DNA of 63,339 bases, taken from Gemmatimonadota bacterium. Lineage in GTDB: Bacteria; Gemmatimonadota; Gemmatimonadetes; Palauibacterales; KS3-K002. The position numbers were made by a program, and so were the translations under genes. Under the pieces are notes generated by a model that did not search any database, had not been told where the DNA came from, and worked only from the letters and a program-made list of their open reading frames with translations. Location of the stretch: positions 4,020,692 to 4,084,030 of the forward strand of contig CP070722.1 of assembly GCA_020350785.1 (NCBI GenBank). Reading direction: 5' to 3'. Below, piece after piece: positions 26,518 to 36,446 of this stretch. Each line of letters begins with the position of its first letter. Position 1 is the first letter of the stretch.

Positions 26518-28775
26518 CAAGAGACCTCCAGACGAATCCACTTTGGCGGAACCGTCAGCTCATCCGCCAGTGATCTCTGCCAGCGGGTCGCCTGGCCCTG
26601 GGCGCCGAGCTCGGTGAAGCCGTGGCGCGGGTAGAAGTCACGGGCCGGGGCGTTTTTCGCGGTCTCAATGTACTCGCCGATCAACTCCTTGGCACCGGCG
26701 GCCCGGGCGTCCTCGCTGAGGGTGGCCAGAAGTGCCGTCTCGACGCCGTATCCGATTACGCGGCAGCTCATTAGGAAGCTGTCGACGATCCATGTGCCAT
26801 TCTCGGTCCGGACAAGGGCGGTGGCTACGAGACCGTGGTCGCCGAACCGGTCGCGGGCCTTCAACGCGTAGAGTCGGCAGGTCGGATCCCTGGCTACGGC
26901 ACCGAGCTCTCCAGCCGTGTATCGACGAGTAGTGAGATTGAATTGGTTGGTCCGCTGAAAGAGCTGGTGAACGCGAGCCAGGCTGGCTTCGTCCACCTGT
27001 CCGATGCTGACGGCGATCTCCAGCGATTCCAGGTACTCGTCCAGCGATCCGGCGCCCAAACGCGTCTGGTCGCGCTGGCGTTTGGCGCGGTAGAGCTGGG
27101 TCCGGGTTCGGTCCTCCTCGGTGACGGTCAACTTCTGCAGCTGGGGTAGCGCTTCCACGGTGGACCGATAGAGCGACGGATCATTGGGCATCTCGGGCAC
27201 TAACACTTGCGGTAGAGCCTGCCGCATGATCGCACGCTCGTTCGGGTTGTCATCGATGAATATCAACGAGTCGATACCGATGTTCAGCTCTTCGGCAAGG
27301 CTCTTCATGTTCTCTGGCTTGGGGAGCCAGTTGATACGCATCGCGCTGAACACGTCTTCGCGAAGGACCATCGCTTCGTGGGAGCGGACGACTTCTAGAG
27401 CGTCCTCCGGGTTGTTCTTCGAGTTGATTGCGAGAAGAAAGCCGCGCTCGGTCAGTGAGAGCAAGAAGCGCTGGAATTCCTGATACTCGGAGCCCGGTGA
27501 GGTTCCACCCAGCCTGATGCCGTGGGGCCCGTCCTCCCCGACGATCCCGCCCCACAGCGTGTTGTCGAGGTCCAGAACGACGCACTTCCGCGTCAGCCCT
27601 TTGGCCGGAGCGATGTAACGCGTGTAGGCGCGTGCCACCTCACCCACCACCGGTCCGCAGAGCCGCATGGACGCCATGTGACGCATCTTGGGGTTGTCGT
27701 AGCTGCCACCGGGCCGCCGCGCGAAGATCTCGGCCATGTTCAACAGGAACGCGCGAGGAAATCGGCTCAGCCCCTCGGCCAGTTCGGCGTCCAGATCAGC
27801 CAGCCAGGCTGATCTGGACTTGCCGGCACGCCCCCCCAGGATTCCATACGGGTCGGCGAAGGCCGAATGGAAGCCGTGGACGACCAGGACCCCGTCGGAC
27901 CAATCTGAGAATTGGGACGCCGCTGCCAAGATACGCCCGACGGCGGTCGCGCCGGCCTCGTCGAGTTGAGCTTGCGCCGGGGATCCGCTCGTCTCGGTGA
28001 TCAGATCATCGATCGCGACCGAGAGAAAAGCCACCTCGGGATCGAAGCGTCGAAGCCCTGAGTCTTCGCCGATGATCTCCTGCGCCCAGGAGTTGAACGG
28101 TGTGACGTAGATCTCGGGCTCCAGACCCAGGCCGCGGCATTCCAGGTCGAGATAGTGCGCCAAAGGGTCGACGGTAAACGAGCTCATGAAGGCGACCCGA
28201 ACGGGCGGTCCCCCGGACGGCTGGAGGGAGCCGCGCCTGCGCCAGATATAGTGGAGCGTGGCCTGGCTGTCGTCGGCACGGCCCAACTCCGTCAGCAGTC
28301 GATGGGCTTCCGCCGAATCGTGCCCCCGCAAGGCTCGATCGACTGCTGCGCGCAAGAGCCCGGCGTGCCCGGGCTGACGCTCCAGCACACGAGCCAGGGT
28401 CTCCTTGACGCCAGCACCTGGCTTCTCGTAAGGAAGCTCGACGGCCAGTGCGGCGACGGTGTCGGCACCCACGATGTCCGCGTAGCGGCTGGCCAGCTGC
28501 GCCAAGTTGCTGACCCGGGCACCGTTCGAATCTCCCAGACTGGCTCGCACCACCGTATCGACCAGCTTCCCCAACTCGCCGGCCGGGCAAAGCGCCCGCG
28601 CCAATTGCTCGTTGACGAGGAGCCAGGCCACCGCTTCGGAGGGATCCAGCTCCGCGAGCGCCGCGATCGCCTGAGGCGCCGTGGACGCTTTGGTGGCGGC
28701 TTTGACCAGCTGCTCGAGCAGGTCACTCGGCAGCCCGCCCAGGCGACTATCTGTAAGATCTCGTACACTGCTCAC
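26517..28775 (-). CDS. FkbH-like HAD-IIIC glyceryl-ACP forming phosphatase/transferase with N-terminal extension
   Basis: DLDNTLWGG, SKNN, INWLPK, FIDDNP.ER, RTNQFNLTT, DRFGDHG, MSCRV (acyl-carrying Cys). Confidence 0.92.
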   Translation of the reverse strand: MSSVRDLTDSRLGGLPSDLLEQLVKAATKASTAPQAIAALAELDPSEAVAWLLVNEQLARALCPAGELGKLVDTVVRASLGDSNGARVSNLAQLASRYADIVGADTVAALAVELPYEKPGAGVKETLARVLERQPGHAGLLRAAVDRALRGHDSAEAHRLLTELGRADDSQATLHYIWRRRGSLQPSGGPPVRVAFMSSFTVDPLAHYLDLECRGLGLEPEIYVTPFNSWAQEIIGEDSGLRRFDPEVAFLSVAIDDLITETSGSPAQAQLDEAGATAVGRILAAASQFSDWSDGVLVVHGFHSAFADPYGILGGRAGKSRSAWLADLDAELAEGLSRFPRAFLLNMAEIFARRPGGSYDNPKMRHMASMRLCGPVVGEVARAYTRYIAPAKGLTRKCVVLDLDNTLWGGIVGEDGPHGIRLGGTSPGSEYQEFQRFLLSLTERGFLLAINSKNNPEDALEVVRSHEAMVLREDVFSAMRINWLPKPENMKSLAEELNIGIDSLIFIDDNPNERAIMRQALPQVLVPEMPNDPSLYRSTVEALPQLQKLTVTEEDRTRTQLYRAKRQRDQTRLGAGSLDEYLESLEIAVSIGQVDEASLARVHQLFQRTNQFNLTTRRYTAGELGAVARDPTCRLYALKARDRFGDHGLVATALVRTENGTWIVDSFLMSCRVIGYGVETALLATLSEDARAAGAKELIGEYIETAKNAPARDFYPRHGFTELGAQGQATRWQRSLADELTVPPKWIRLEVS

Positions 28776-28987
28776 GTGTCTAACACCCGCCTCGGTATTG
28801 TCATGCCCATCACGAGACCTGCCCTAATCCAGCGCAAGCTCGGCATGCAAGGTTTATACAAGCGGCGGAGCCAGTAAGAGCCCGGTACATCGATGGGAAT
28901 CGTTGATCTGACGCCAAGATCGAGGGTCCAAGAATCGTCGGTTCCCGGTCATGTTGCAAGGCTGCAACAGCCGGAACCGTGGTGTCG

Positions 28988-30469
28988 TCAGTCGCCGGCC
29001 CGGTCCGCGCCGAGCAGGGCGAGCAATTCGCGGCGTTTGGCCTTTCCGGATGCCGTGCGAGGCAGCTGGTCGACCTCGAAGACCTCTCTGGGCCACTTGT
29101 ATTCAGGGAGCTTGCCCCTGAGGTGTTTGCGCACTTGAGGCAGGGGGGGTGCCGTGCCCTTGAGGAAGCAAGCTACGATGACCTCGCCCCAGGTTTCATG
29201 GGGCGCCCCGACGACGACGCACTCGTGGATGCCGTCCATCTCGACGATGGCTTCTTCGACCTCCTTGGGGTGAACCCTGTAGGCTCCGGTCTTGATGAGG
29301 TCGCTGCGGCGGCCGGTGATGAATATGAACCCGTCTTCGTCCACCATCGCCAGATCGCCGGTCCAGAGCTTGCCGTCCACGATGACGGCGGCGGTGGCTT
29401 CGGGATCATTCCAGTAACCTGTCATGAGGTTCTCACCCGAAGCTACGATCTCTCCCTCCTCCCCCGGGCTGATGGGCCGTCCGTCCTCCGCCAGCACCTC
29501 CAAAGTCACGCCCGGCATGCCCGTACCGATACTGTTGGGCCGTCCGCGCAACTGTTGAGGTGGCAGGTAGCTGAGCCGTGCACTCGCCTCCGTCTGTCCA
29601 TACATCAGGAAGACTTTGACGTCAGGGAAGAGTCGCTGCAGGCGGTGCAGGTTGGCCGTTGGGAGCGCGCCGCCGGCGCACGTCAGATAGCGCAGCGACG
29701 GTAGCGAGTGGTTCTCCAGGTGGCCCCGCTGAAGTAACAGCGCGAACGTCGAGGGAACACCGCTGAGGCCGGTGCAGGCTCTCTGCTCCAGGCGTTCGGC
29801 GACGTTGACGGGGAAGGCCATGCTACCCAACAGAGCCAGGCTGCCGCCCACTCGGCAATGTGTCTGAAGCAGCGAATTGCCGTAGCTGTAGACGAAGTCG
29901 AGTACCACGCCCACGCGGTCGCTGGCGGTCAGCTCGAGGTACTCGACAATTCCGTCCGTATTGGCTCGTAGAGCCGCGTGGCTCAGTGTTACGCCCTTCG
30001 CTTTGCCGGTGGTGCCGCTGGTGTAGATGATCTGGGCGATATCGGTGCCACCGCCGGCGGGAGACTCTTCGAGTGGGGCTGCCCGACTGAGCTCTTCCAC
30101 CGGGTGGCGCGCCAGATCGGAGAGCTCGGGAGTTGCGCCGCGGCCTGGATCGACGACCAGCAGCTTGGGCTGGCAGTTTGCGGTCACGTGCTCGAGCGCC
30201 CTTGTGGTCGTCCCGGGCTGCAGCCCGACGGCGATCGCACCGACCAGGAGAGTGCCGTAGTAGGCCGCCAGGTAGTCTATCCCGTTTGGAAGCAGCAGCA
30301 AGACACGGTCGCCGGGCTGGATGCCGCTTTCAATCAAGCCGCCCGCGAATCGGCGTGCCCGTCCGAGCACTTCGCCGTAGGTGTATGTCTGGCCGGACTC
30401 CTCGGTGATGAACGGCGACTCCGGGCCCTCTCGCGCCCAGCGGATCAGGTCTTCGGCGATGTGTCTCAT
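28988..30469 (-). CDS. Adenylate-forming acyl ligase (AMP-binding, ANL superfamily)
   Basis: YTSGTTGKAKG, MYGQTEA, TGDLA, GRRSDLIK, PRTASGK; ATGA overlap with the larA-like gene. Confidence 0.92.
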   Translation of the reverse strand: MRHIAEDLIRWAREGPESPFITEESGQTYTYGEVLGRARRFAGGLIESGIQPGDRVLLLLPNGIDYLAAYYGTLLVGAIAVGLQPGTTTRALEHVTANCQPKLLVVDPGRGATPELSDLARHPVEELSRAAPLEESPAGGGTDIAQIIYTSGTTGKAKGVTLSHAALRANTDGIVEYLELTASDRVGVVLDFVYSYGNSLLQTHCRVGGSLALLGSMAFPVNVAERLEQRACTGLSGVPSTFALLLQRGHLENHSLPSLRYLTCAGGALPTANLHRLQRLFPDVKVFLMYGQTEASARLSYLPPQQLRGRPNSIGTGMPGVTLEVLAEDGRPISPGEEGEIVASGENLMTGYWNDPEATAAVIVDGKLWTGDLAMVDEDGFIFITGRRSDLIKTGAYRVHPKEVEEAIVEMDGIHECVVVGAPHETWGEVIVACFLKGTAPPLPQVRKHLRGKLPEYKWPREVFEVDQLPRTASGKAKRRELLALLGADRAGD

Positions 30470-31740
30470 GCGCTTTCCTGTGGTCCAAGCTGGCAGGAGC
30501 CCGCCGGAAAGATGCCGACTCGTGCGCCGTCCCCATGCCTGTTCAGCAGGGCGTGGATGAGCTCATCCCAGTCTCGGTAATGGGGGTAGCCACTCCAGTG
30601 TGTCACGTGGCAATCATTCTCGCTGATACCCGGGGCGAATACGTGGAGGGCCCTGTTGCCCAGGTAGCGTTTGGGCCCGCGAGGCACCCGGTGGAGCGGC
30701 ATGCCCTCGTCGAAGAGGCCGTGATGCCCGCGGCCCTGATGGCAAGCGGCCATGAGCACGGCGCTACCTTCACCCGCCAGGAACTGGGCGCCGCCGGTGC
30801 GCAAAGGGCTGTAGCCGTTCTCGGCCTGAAGAAATTCGCCATCCTTCGGGTACGCATTGCAGATGAGAACATCGAAGCGGCCGGACATGGGAGTTGCGTA
30901 GGCCGAGCGTGCTCTTTGGCAACCCCGCTGGTGCGACTCAAGGGGATCTCCGTAGTAGATCTCACGGATGCGTCGGCTCGTGTCTACGAGACAGTTCACC
31001 GAGAGGTGAAGCGGCAGTTCTCGGGCGACGCGATCGACCTCCATGCGGATCCGATTCCCGTGCAGTTTAGCCACTCCACCGAAGCCCATCATGCCGAGCT
31101 TGTGAAGCCACTCCAGTGCCTCGCGCGCCGCGAGACCTGGAAGTACGATCTTGCCGCCGCCGGAGAATCCGGCGAATGGATTGGGTATGATCGTGCCCAC
31201 GCCAATGCGGATGTCCGCTGCGAGGAAGGGGGGGTCGATGCGCAGCGGGATCTCGCCGAGCATGAGGCTGCTGGTCGCCAGCTCGCCCTGCATATCGTGG
31301 AGGCGGACTCGATAGCGATCGGCTATGGCACCGCCGACCTTGGCCCGGACTTCATCCGGCCGTGGCGCACGGTGCGCGCCCAGCGCCATGACCAGGTCGA
31401 TTGCCGCGGGGTCGATCCCACCCTCGAGGAGCCCGGTCTCAACGGCCGCCAGCACCGCTTCTAGCGCAGCGGGCCGCGTCGGGTCGTCTACGGCGATGGA
31501 GACGCTCGCGCCGGGCGCGACCAATCGGCGCACCGCTTCCCTGAGGCCATCGAGGTCAGGTTCGGCTTCCGCTCCCCAGCCGCTCATCTCGAGGCGCTCG
31601 ACGTCCCACCCGGGCGGAAAGCCGAACCTCTCTGTCTCGGGCGCGCCCTGCCAGGCCCGCCAGGGCAATTCGAGTGACTGATGGTCGGCCGGCCAGCGAT
31701 TCACCCCTCTGCCGCTCCCTGGGGAATCCTCAGATGTCAC
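30466..31740 (-). CDS. LarA-superfamily (nickel-pincer lactate racemase-like) protein
   Basis: VDDPTRP, ALGAHR, P.PFAGFSGGGK..LPG, WLH, YPKD...Q motifs. Confidence 0.85.
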   Translation of the reverse strand: MTSEDSPGSGRGVNRWPADHQSLELPWRAWQGAPETERFGFPPGWDVERLEMSGWGAEAEPDLDGLREAVRRLVAPGASVSIAVDDPTRPAALEAVLAAVETGLLEGGIDPAAIDLVMALGAHRAPRPDEVRAKVGGAIADRYRVRLHDMQGELATSSLMLGEIPLRIDPPFLAADIRIGVGTIIPNPFAGFSGGGKIVLPGLAAREALEWLHKLGMMGFGGVAKLHGNRIRMEVDRVARELPLHLSVNCLVDTSRRIREIYYGDPLESHQRGCQRARSAYATPMSGRFDVLICNAYPKDGEFLQAENGYSPLRTGGAQFLAGEGSAVLMAACHQGRGHHGLFDEGMPLHRVPRGPKRYLGNRALHVFAPGISENDCHVTHWSGYPHYRDWDELIHALLNRHGDGARVGIFPAGSCQLGPQESA

Positions 31741-31987
31741 CGCTGGACCCGCCGAGCTTCCGCTCGATCAGGGCGGCGATAGCCTCGACCGTCTCGAAGT
31801 TGTCGGGCAGCAAGTCATCGTCCTGGACCTCGATTCCGAAGGCGGCTTCCAGGAACGTCACCAGCTCCTCCATCCCCAGGCTGTCGATGAGGCCGGTCTG
31901 AAGCAGAGGTGTCTGGGTGTCTACTTGGAAGTCGTCCGGTAGACCTTTGGACTCTGCCAGGTATGCAATGACCTTCTCCGCAATCAC
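31730..31987 (-). CDS. Acyl carrier protein (ACP-A, DltC-like)
   Basis: GLIDSLGMEEL serine motif, FGIEV..DDLLPDNFET; AGGAG RBS. Confidence 0.92.
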   Translation of the reverse strand: MIAEKVIAYLAESKGLPDDFQVDTQTPLLQTGLIDSLGMEELVTFLEAAFGIEVQDDDLLPDNFETVEAIAALIERKLGGSSGDI

Positions 31988-32016
31988 GGAATACTCTCCT
32001 TGAAGTTGTATCGATC

Positions 32017-33012
32017 TCAGATATCGCGATCGCCGATCGTCATGTACCAGTTCGCTACGTCCTCGACTCGCGCCTTGCCGAAGAAACCTGCGCCGCCGTA
32101 GCTGACCGTGGCTTGCTCCTCGTCACGCTCCCAGAAGCCCAGGCTTTGGAGGGCGGGGGTCCCCGGGAATGCCTTCTGGACTACGACATTCAAGCTTTGT
32201 GCCCCGGTCGCCGCGGCCCGGCGGGCGGCCGCCAGCAATAGCGCCCTCTCGACGCCGAGGCCGGGGATGCAGGCCATGTCCCGGACCTTCGCGGTGGGCA
32301 CGCCCGGCTCGCTGACGAGATAGCCGACGAGGACCCCATCAACGGATCGCCGGGCCTCGAGCACTGTCGCCGCCACAGCCGGCTGTCGAAGAAAGCGCCA
32401 GCGCAGGAAGCTCGCGGTGCGCCGACCGATCACCGGGTACTGCTGACCCAGCTCCAGATCCAGATCATCGTAATCGGCGCTGAAGTCATCGACTTCCTGG
32501 ATATCGAAGCGCCGACCCCTTGTACCCTGCAAGATCCTGCGGGCTCGCAGGCCGGAGTCCGCTACGGGTGCGAGTAGTCGCGCGAGCCCGCGACCCAGCC
32601 GGCGTTCCAGGATCGCGCCCGCCCGCAAGGGGTAGACCCAACGCTCCATCGTCGAGAGCTGAGCGTGACCCACACGCCGGTGAACGGCCAGCATCGCAGG
32701 CAGGGGGTGGGCGTAGAGAAAAGCATACACGCCCGCATCGACCAGACTCTTGGCGGGGCGCCTCAGCATCAGGGCCGGCCCGAGGCTGCGATGGCCCGCT
32801 GCCACGCTGAAGTCCCCACAATTGAGGGCAGTGACCACTTCGCCATCTACCCAGAAGGCGCGGGGGTAACCAGAAGTGAATCCGACCGGCTCGCCGGAAG
32901 GTTCCTTCAAGATCCAGATTCGGGCCGCGCCGGCTGGGTTGTCATGGTAGAGCCAGCTGAAGCGCGCGCCGGACTCCTGCACGCCTCGGATATCACGAAA
33001 TAGCCGAACCAC
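32017..33012 (-). CDS. Tandem-GNAT-fold acyltransferase
   Basis: VGFTSGYP, DFSVAAGHRSLGPALML, second-domain GRRTASFLRWRF; same family as 25115-26296. True start may be a little upstream. Confidence 0.75.
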   Translation of the reverse strand: MVRLFRDIRGVQESGARFSWLYHDNPAGAARIWILKEPSGEPVGFTSGYPRAFWVDGEVVTALNCGDFSVAAGHRSLGPALMLRRPAKSLVDAGVYAFLYAHPLPAMLAVHRRVGHAQLSTMERWVYPLRAGAILERRLGRGLARLLAPVADSGLRARRILQGTRGRRFDIQEVDDFSADYDDLDLELGQQYPVIGRRTASFLRWRFLRQPAVAATVLEARRSVDGVLVGYLVSEPGVPTAKVRDMACIPGLGVERALLLAAARRAAATGAQSLNVVVQKAFPGTPALQSLGFWERDEEQATVSYGGAGFFGKARVEDVANWYMTIGDRDI

Positions 33013-33364
33013 GAGATCCAGATCGCGAGTCTCGCCTACACTGTAGGTTGCCAGGCTAGCCCCTCACTAGGTTCGTGGCGCCCATTCGTGGATCGCGCCG
33101 GGTTGCGAGTCGTCGTGCCCGGAGCTCGACATTGGCCCTCACGCCGCCCGCGGAGCTTTGGGCGGATGATAATTGACAGCGAAGCCATCGGACTCGCAAA
33201 CACTGCCGCCAGGGTTCGCTGTCAGGAACAGGGCCTCCGGGCTCGCTGTGCATGGGCAGGCCACTGGAGGCTGCCCGGCAGCGAACTCAATTGATGCAGG
33301 GAATAGTGGGCGTGACCTTGCAGCTCAGACCATCAGCCAGCGCACTGGTGAGGTTTGCCGCCGC

Positions 33365-34129
33365 CTACCAGGCTCCGCGCCGGAACAGCATGACCGGCAG
33401 CGTCCGGACCATGATCTTGATGTCCTCAATGGCGGAGCGCCGCTGAATGTACTGCAGGTCGAGGGCGAGCTTCGCCACGACGTCGTCCATCGAGCTGTCG
33501 TAGCGCAGGTTGATTTGAGCCCAGCCCGTGATGCCGGGTCGCACACGCTGACGCTCTCCGTAGCGGTCGACGTGCTCGCGCAGGCGAGCGAATATCTTCG
33601 GCTGTTCGGGGCGCGGTCCCACCAGATTCATGTCGCCGCGCAAGACGTTCAACAATTGCGGCAACTCGTCCAGACGGTACTTACGGAGAATTCGGCCTAC
33701 GGGCGTCACGCGCGGATCGTCCGGCTTTGCCCACACCTGATCGCCCGGCCGATCGTTCACGTACATCGTCCGGAACTTGTACATGCGGAACGGCCTGCCG
33801 CCGCGGTCGTATCGCCGCTTGCAACCCGCCGTCGCTCTGGGGCCGTTGCGTCGATCGAGGCCGACCCGCTGCTGCACGAACAGCATCGGACCCCGCGACG
33901 TCAGCTTGACTATGACACCGATCACCAGCATCAGCGGAAGCGCGGGGATCAAAAGCAGGGCGGCTGCAGCCAAATTGACCATGCGTCGCGCAACCTCTGA
34001 ACCTCGTGTGCCCTGTCTCACACCGGGACGCGCATCCCGTGCCCTGCCATTGCGGTAGCCTGTCCGGGCGTGCGCGGCCCGCACGAGTTCAACCGGGTGA
34101 CGTGTGGTCTGGATGGTCGATGCTTCCAT
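33365..34129 (-). CDS. Priming phosphoglycosyl transferase (bacterial sugar transferase, small monotopic type)
   Basis: Single re-entrant helix, [50 protein letters not shown]. Start 34129 or 34174. Confidence 0.93.
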   Translation of the reverse strand: MEASTIQTTRHPVELVRAAHARTGYRNGRARDARPGVRQGTRGSEVARRMVNLAAAALLLIPALPLMLVIGVIVKLTSRGPMLFVQQRVGLDRRNGPRATAGCKRRYDRGGRPFRMYKFRTMYVNDRPGDQVWAKPDDPRVTPVGRILRKYRLDELPQLLNVLRGDMNLVGPRPEQPKIFARLREHVDRYGERQRVRPGITGWAQINLRYDSSMDDVVAKLALDLQYIQRRSAIEDIKIMVRTLPVMLFRRGAW

Positions 34130-34226
34130 TAGCTCTCTATTTCTTGCCGCACGCTTGGCGACTTTCATTCTCACAGTGTAAGCCAGCTGTCGCTGTTGTT
34201 ACTTTGAGGGCGCACCGCGCTCCGGC

Positions 34227-34301
34227 CTGGCACATAGCAAAGGATGTGCAGCTTGTGCCAGATCGACGCCCTTTTTGTAAGCTGTTGTGATACAATAAGT
34301 T
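34227..34301. promoter_or_regulatory. Inverted repeats upstream of the sugar transferase
   Basis: CTGGCACA-N19-TGTGCCAG (34227-34261) and AAGCTG-TTGT-GAT-ACAA-TAAGTT (34279-34301) in an AT-richer intergenic patch. Confidence 0.35.
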
Positions 34302-34650
34302 AGAGGTGAGGCCGCCGGGGCGGGGCGCGGTCGCCTGTCGCAGCGCGCCCGCTATTGTTGGGGGATTGCTACAGCAAACTCAGGACCTTTGCGCCGGGAA
34401 GTCAGGCTTTGGCCGGCACTTCGGCGGACAATCCGGCCGCGTACCCCAGCCGGTGCAGGTCAAGAGTTCCCCTTGAGAAGGGAGCATGCGGCAGATGGCC
34501 ACAGTCCCAAACTCGTGCCGGAATAGTAGCATCCCTTACGATGGGGCTCGCGTTGCAGGACCTGCTAGAGGTTTGACAGAGGGTCGGGCTTGATACCCGG
34601 GCCCGGGTCACAAAATCGCGGACGGATTCGGAGAGGCAGGGGCTGGGCGC

Positions 34651-36189
34651 TCATTCGTTGTTGGTGACGAGTGCGCCACGCTGGAGCCCGTGCTTCTCCA
34701 TCAGGCGATAGATGGTGGTGCGGTCTATCCCGGCGATGCGAGCGGCCTTCGACATGTTGCCTTCGGCACGGCTCACCACCCAGGTCAAGTAGCGTCGCTC
34801 GAATTCCGCAGTGATTCGGTCGCGGGCTTCGTGGTACGGCTCTTCCACCATGTCGAAAGCGAAAGGCATGGTACCCTCGATCGGCTTCTCGCCGTCTATC
34901 GACGGGATGTCCTCGGGTCCGATGTCCATCCCCGGATCGAGGAATACGACGGCGTGCTCGATCGCGTTCTGCAGCTCGCGGACGTTGCCGCGCCAGGGCC
35001 TGGATTGCATCGCCTGGACGGCGGTGGGCGCGAACTTCGGCAGGGGGGTTCCGCGATCCCGATGCTTCTTCCAATAGTGGGCGAGGAAATGCTTCGCCAG
35101 GATCGGGATATCCTCGGGACGCTCCCGGAGCGGCGTCACGCGAATCGGTACGACCCGGAGCCTGTAGTAGAGGTCCTGTCGCAGGTTTCCGTTCTCGACC
35201 GCCTCTTCCGGATCTTGATTGGTCGCGGCGATGAACCGGACATTCACCACAGCATCGGTCTTGGTGCTGCCGATCCGGCGAACCACGCCGTCCTGGATGA
35301 CCCGTAGCAGCTTGGCCTGGATCGCCTGCGACATCTCGGTGATCTCGTCCAGGAACATGGTGCCGCCGTTGGCGATCTCCAACAGGCCGGGCTTATCTCG
35401 GATGGCTCCCGTAAACGAGCCTTTGACGTGCCCGAACATCTCGGATTCCAGAAGCGTCTCCGGCAGGGCCGCGCAGTTCAGCGGTACGAGCGGCTTGCGG
35501 TTCCTGCGGCTATGGTGGTGTATGAACTGAGCGATGAGCTCTTTTCCGCTCCCACTCTCGCCGGTGATGAAGACCGACGCGTCGGTGGGTGCCACCCGTC
35601 GCGAGACTTCCATTACCCGCTGGAAGGCTGGGGAGATTCCCAGCACGGTCACCTTTTCGCTGTGTCCGTGCTCCTTCTTGAGCTCAGTTTGAATCTCACG
35701 CGTCTGGCGGGCTGCCAGCACGACGTGCGATGCCCGCCCCAGCAACACCTGCAACTGAGTGGCGGAGAACGGCTTGGGCAGATAGTCCCAGGCTCCGGCG
35801 TTCAACGCTTCCATGCTGGAAGCCACGCTGGGCTTACCTGTGATCACTATCGCCACCAGATCCGAATTGGCCTCGAGACCGGCACGCAACAACTCGAGCC
35901 CGGTGACCTCCGTCATGAAGAGGTCGATCAGAGCGATATCGAATTTCCGCCGCCGGAGCATGTCGAGCGCCTCACCGCCTCGACTGCAGACGGCGACATC
36001 GTAACCCTCCAGGTTGAGAATGCTGGTGCAGCTCTCCCGCAGGGTATGATCGTCGTCGATGATCAGAATGCGTAAGCTGGACTTCACTTCCGGGGCGAGT
36101 CCCGCGGTAGCCGACGGGAAATCCTCAGCGACCCCATTTGGCGGAGTTCCGGAACCGCCAGAGTTGCCGGACAGGGCACGACTACGCAC
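34651..36189 (-). CDS. Sigma-54-dependent response regulator (REC-AAA+-Fis HTH; NtrC/PrsR-like)
   Basis: ILIIDDD..LIDLFM..KPF receiver; GESGSGKE, ESEMFGHVKGSFTGA, FLDEI, GNVRELQN; AARIAGIDRTTIYR HTH; GGAGG RBS. Confidence 0.95.
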   Translation of the reverse strand: MRSRALSGNSGGSGTPPNGVAEDFPSATAGLAPEVKSSLRILIIDDDHTLRESCTSILNLEGYDVAVCSRGGEALDMLRRRKFDIALIDLFMTEVTGLELLRAGLEANSDLVAIVITGKPSVASSMEALNAGAWDYLPKPFSATQLQVLLGRASHVVLAARQTREIQTELKKEHGHSEKVTVLGISPAFQRVMEVSRRVAPTDASVFITGESGSGKELIAQFIHHHSRRNRKPLVPLNCAALPETLLESEMFGHVKGSFTGAIRDKPGLLEIANGGTMFLDEITEMSQAIQAKLLRVIQDGVVRRIGSTKTDAVVNVRFIAATNQDPEEAVENGNLRQDLYYRLRVVPIRVTPLRERPEDIPILAKHFLAHYWKKHRDRGTPLPKFAPTAVQAMQSRPWRGNVRELQNAIEHAVVFLDPGMDIGPEDIPSIDGEKPIEGTMPFAFDMVEEPYHEARDRITAEFERRYLTWVVSRAEGNMSKAARIAGIDRTTIYRLMEKHGLQRGALVTNNE

Positions 36190-36446
36190 TGGAAATCCTC
36201 CGTTTTTCTCGATTCGATGCCGCGAGATCGCAGCGCGTCATACGGCGGGAGGTCTCGATCGACCGGCTGTGCGGGGCTGTTGCACGTATCGGGCCTGAAA
36301 AAGTGGCCCGCCCACAACAGGTAGGCAGCTCCAGGATATCACAGTAGCGGCGCGGTGTCAACGCTGCTGAGGGCGCTGTCAACCGTGCTGGGCCGCTCAG
36401 GCGTTGTGCTGTTGCCACGATGCGGCTCACAGTCTGGGCTTTCATG

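Noticed and set aside
34237-34260. Canonical sigma-54 promoter for the sugar transferase
   Set aside because: TGGCAC is present but spaced GG-N8-GC, and the correctly spaced site has TG instead of GG; kept only as a low-confidence regulatory region.
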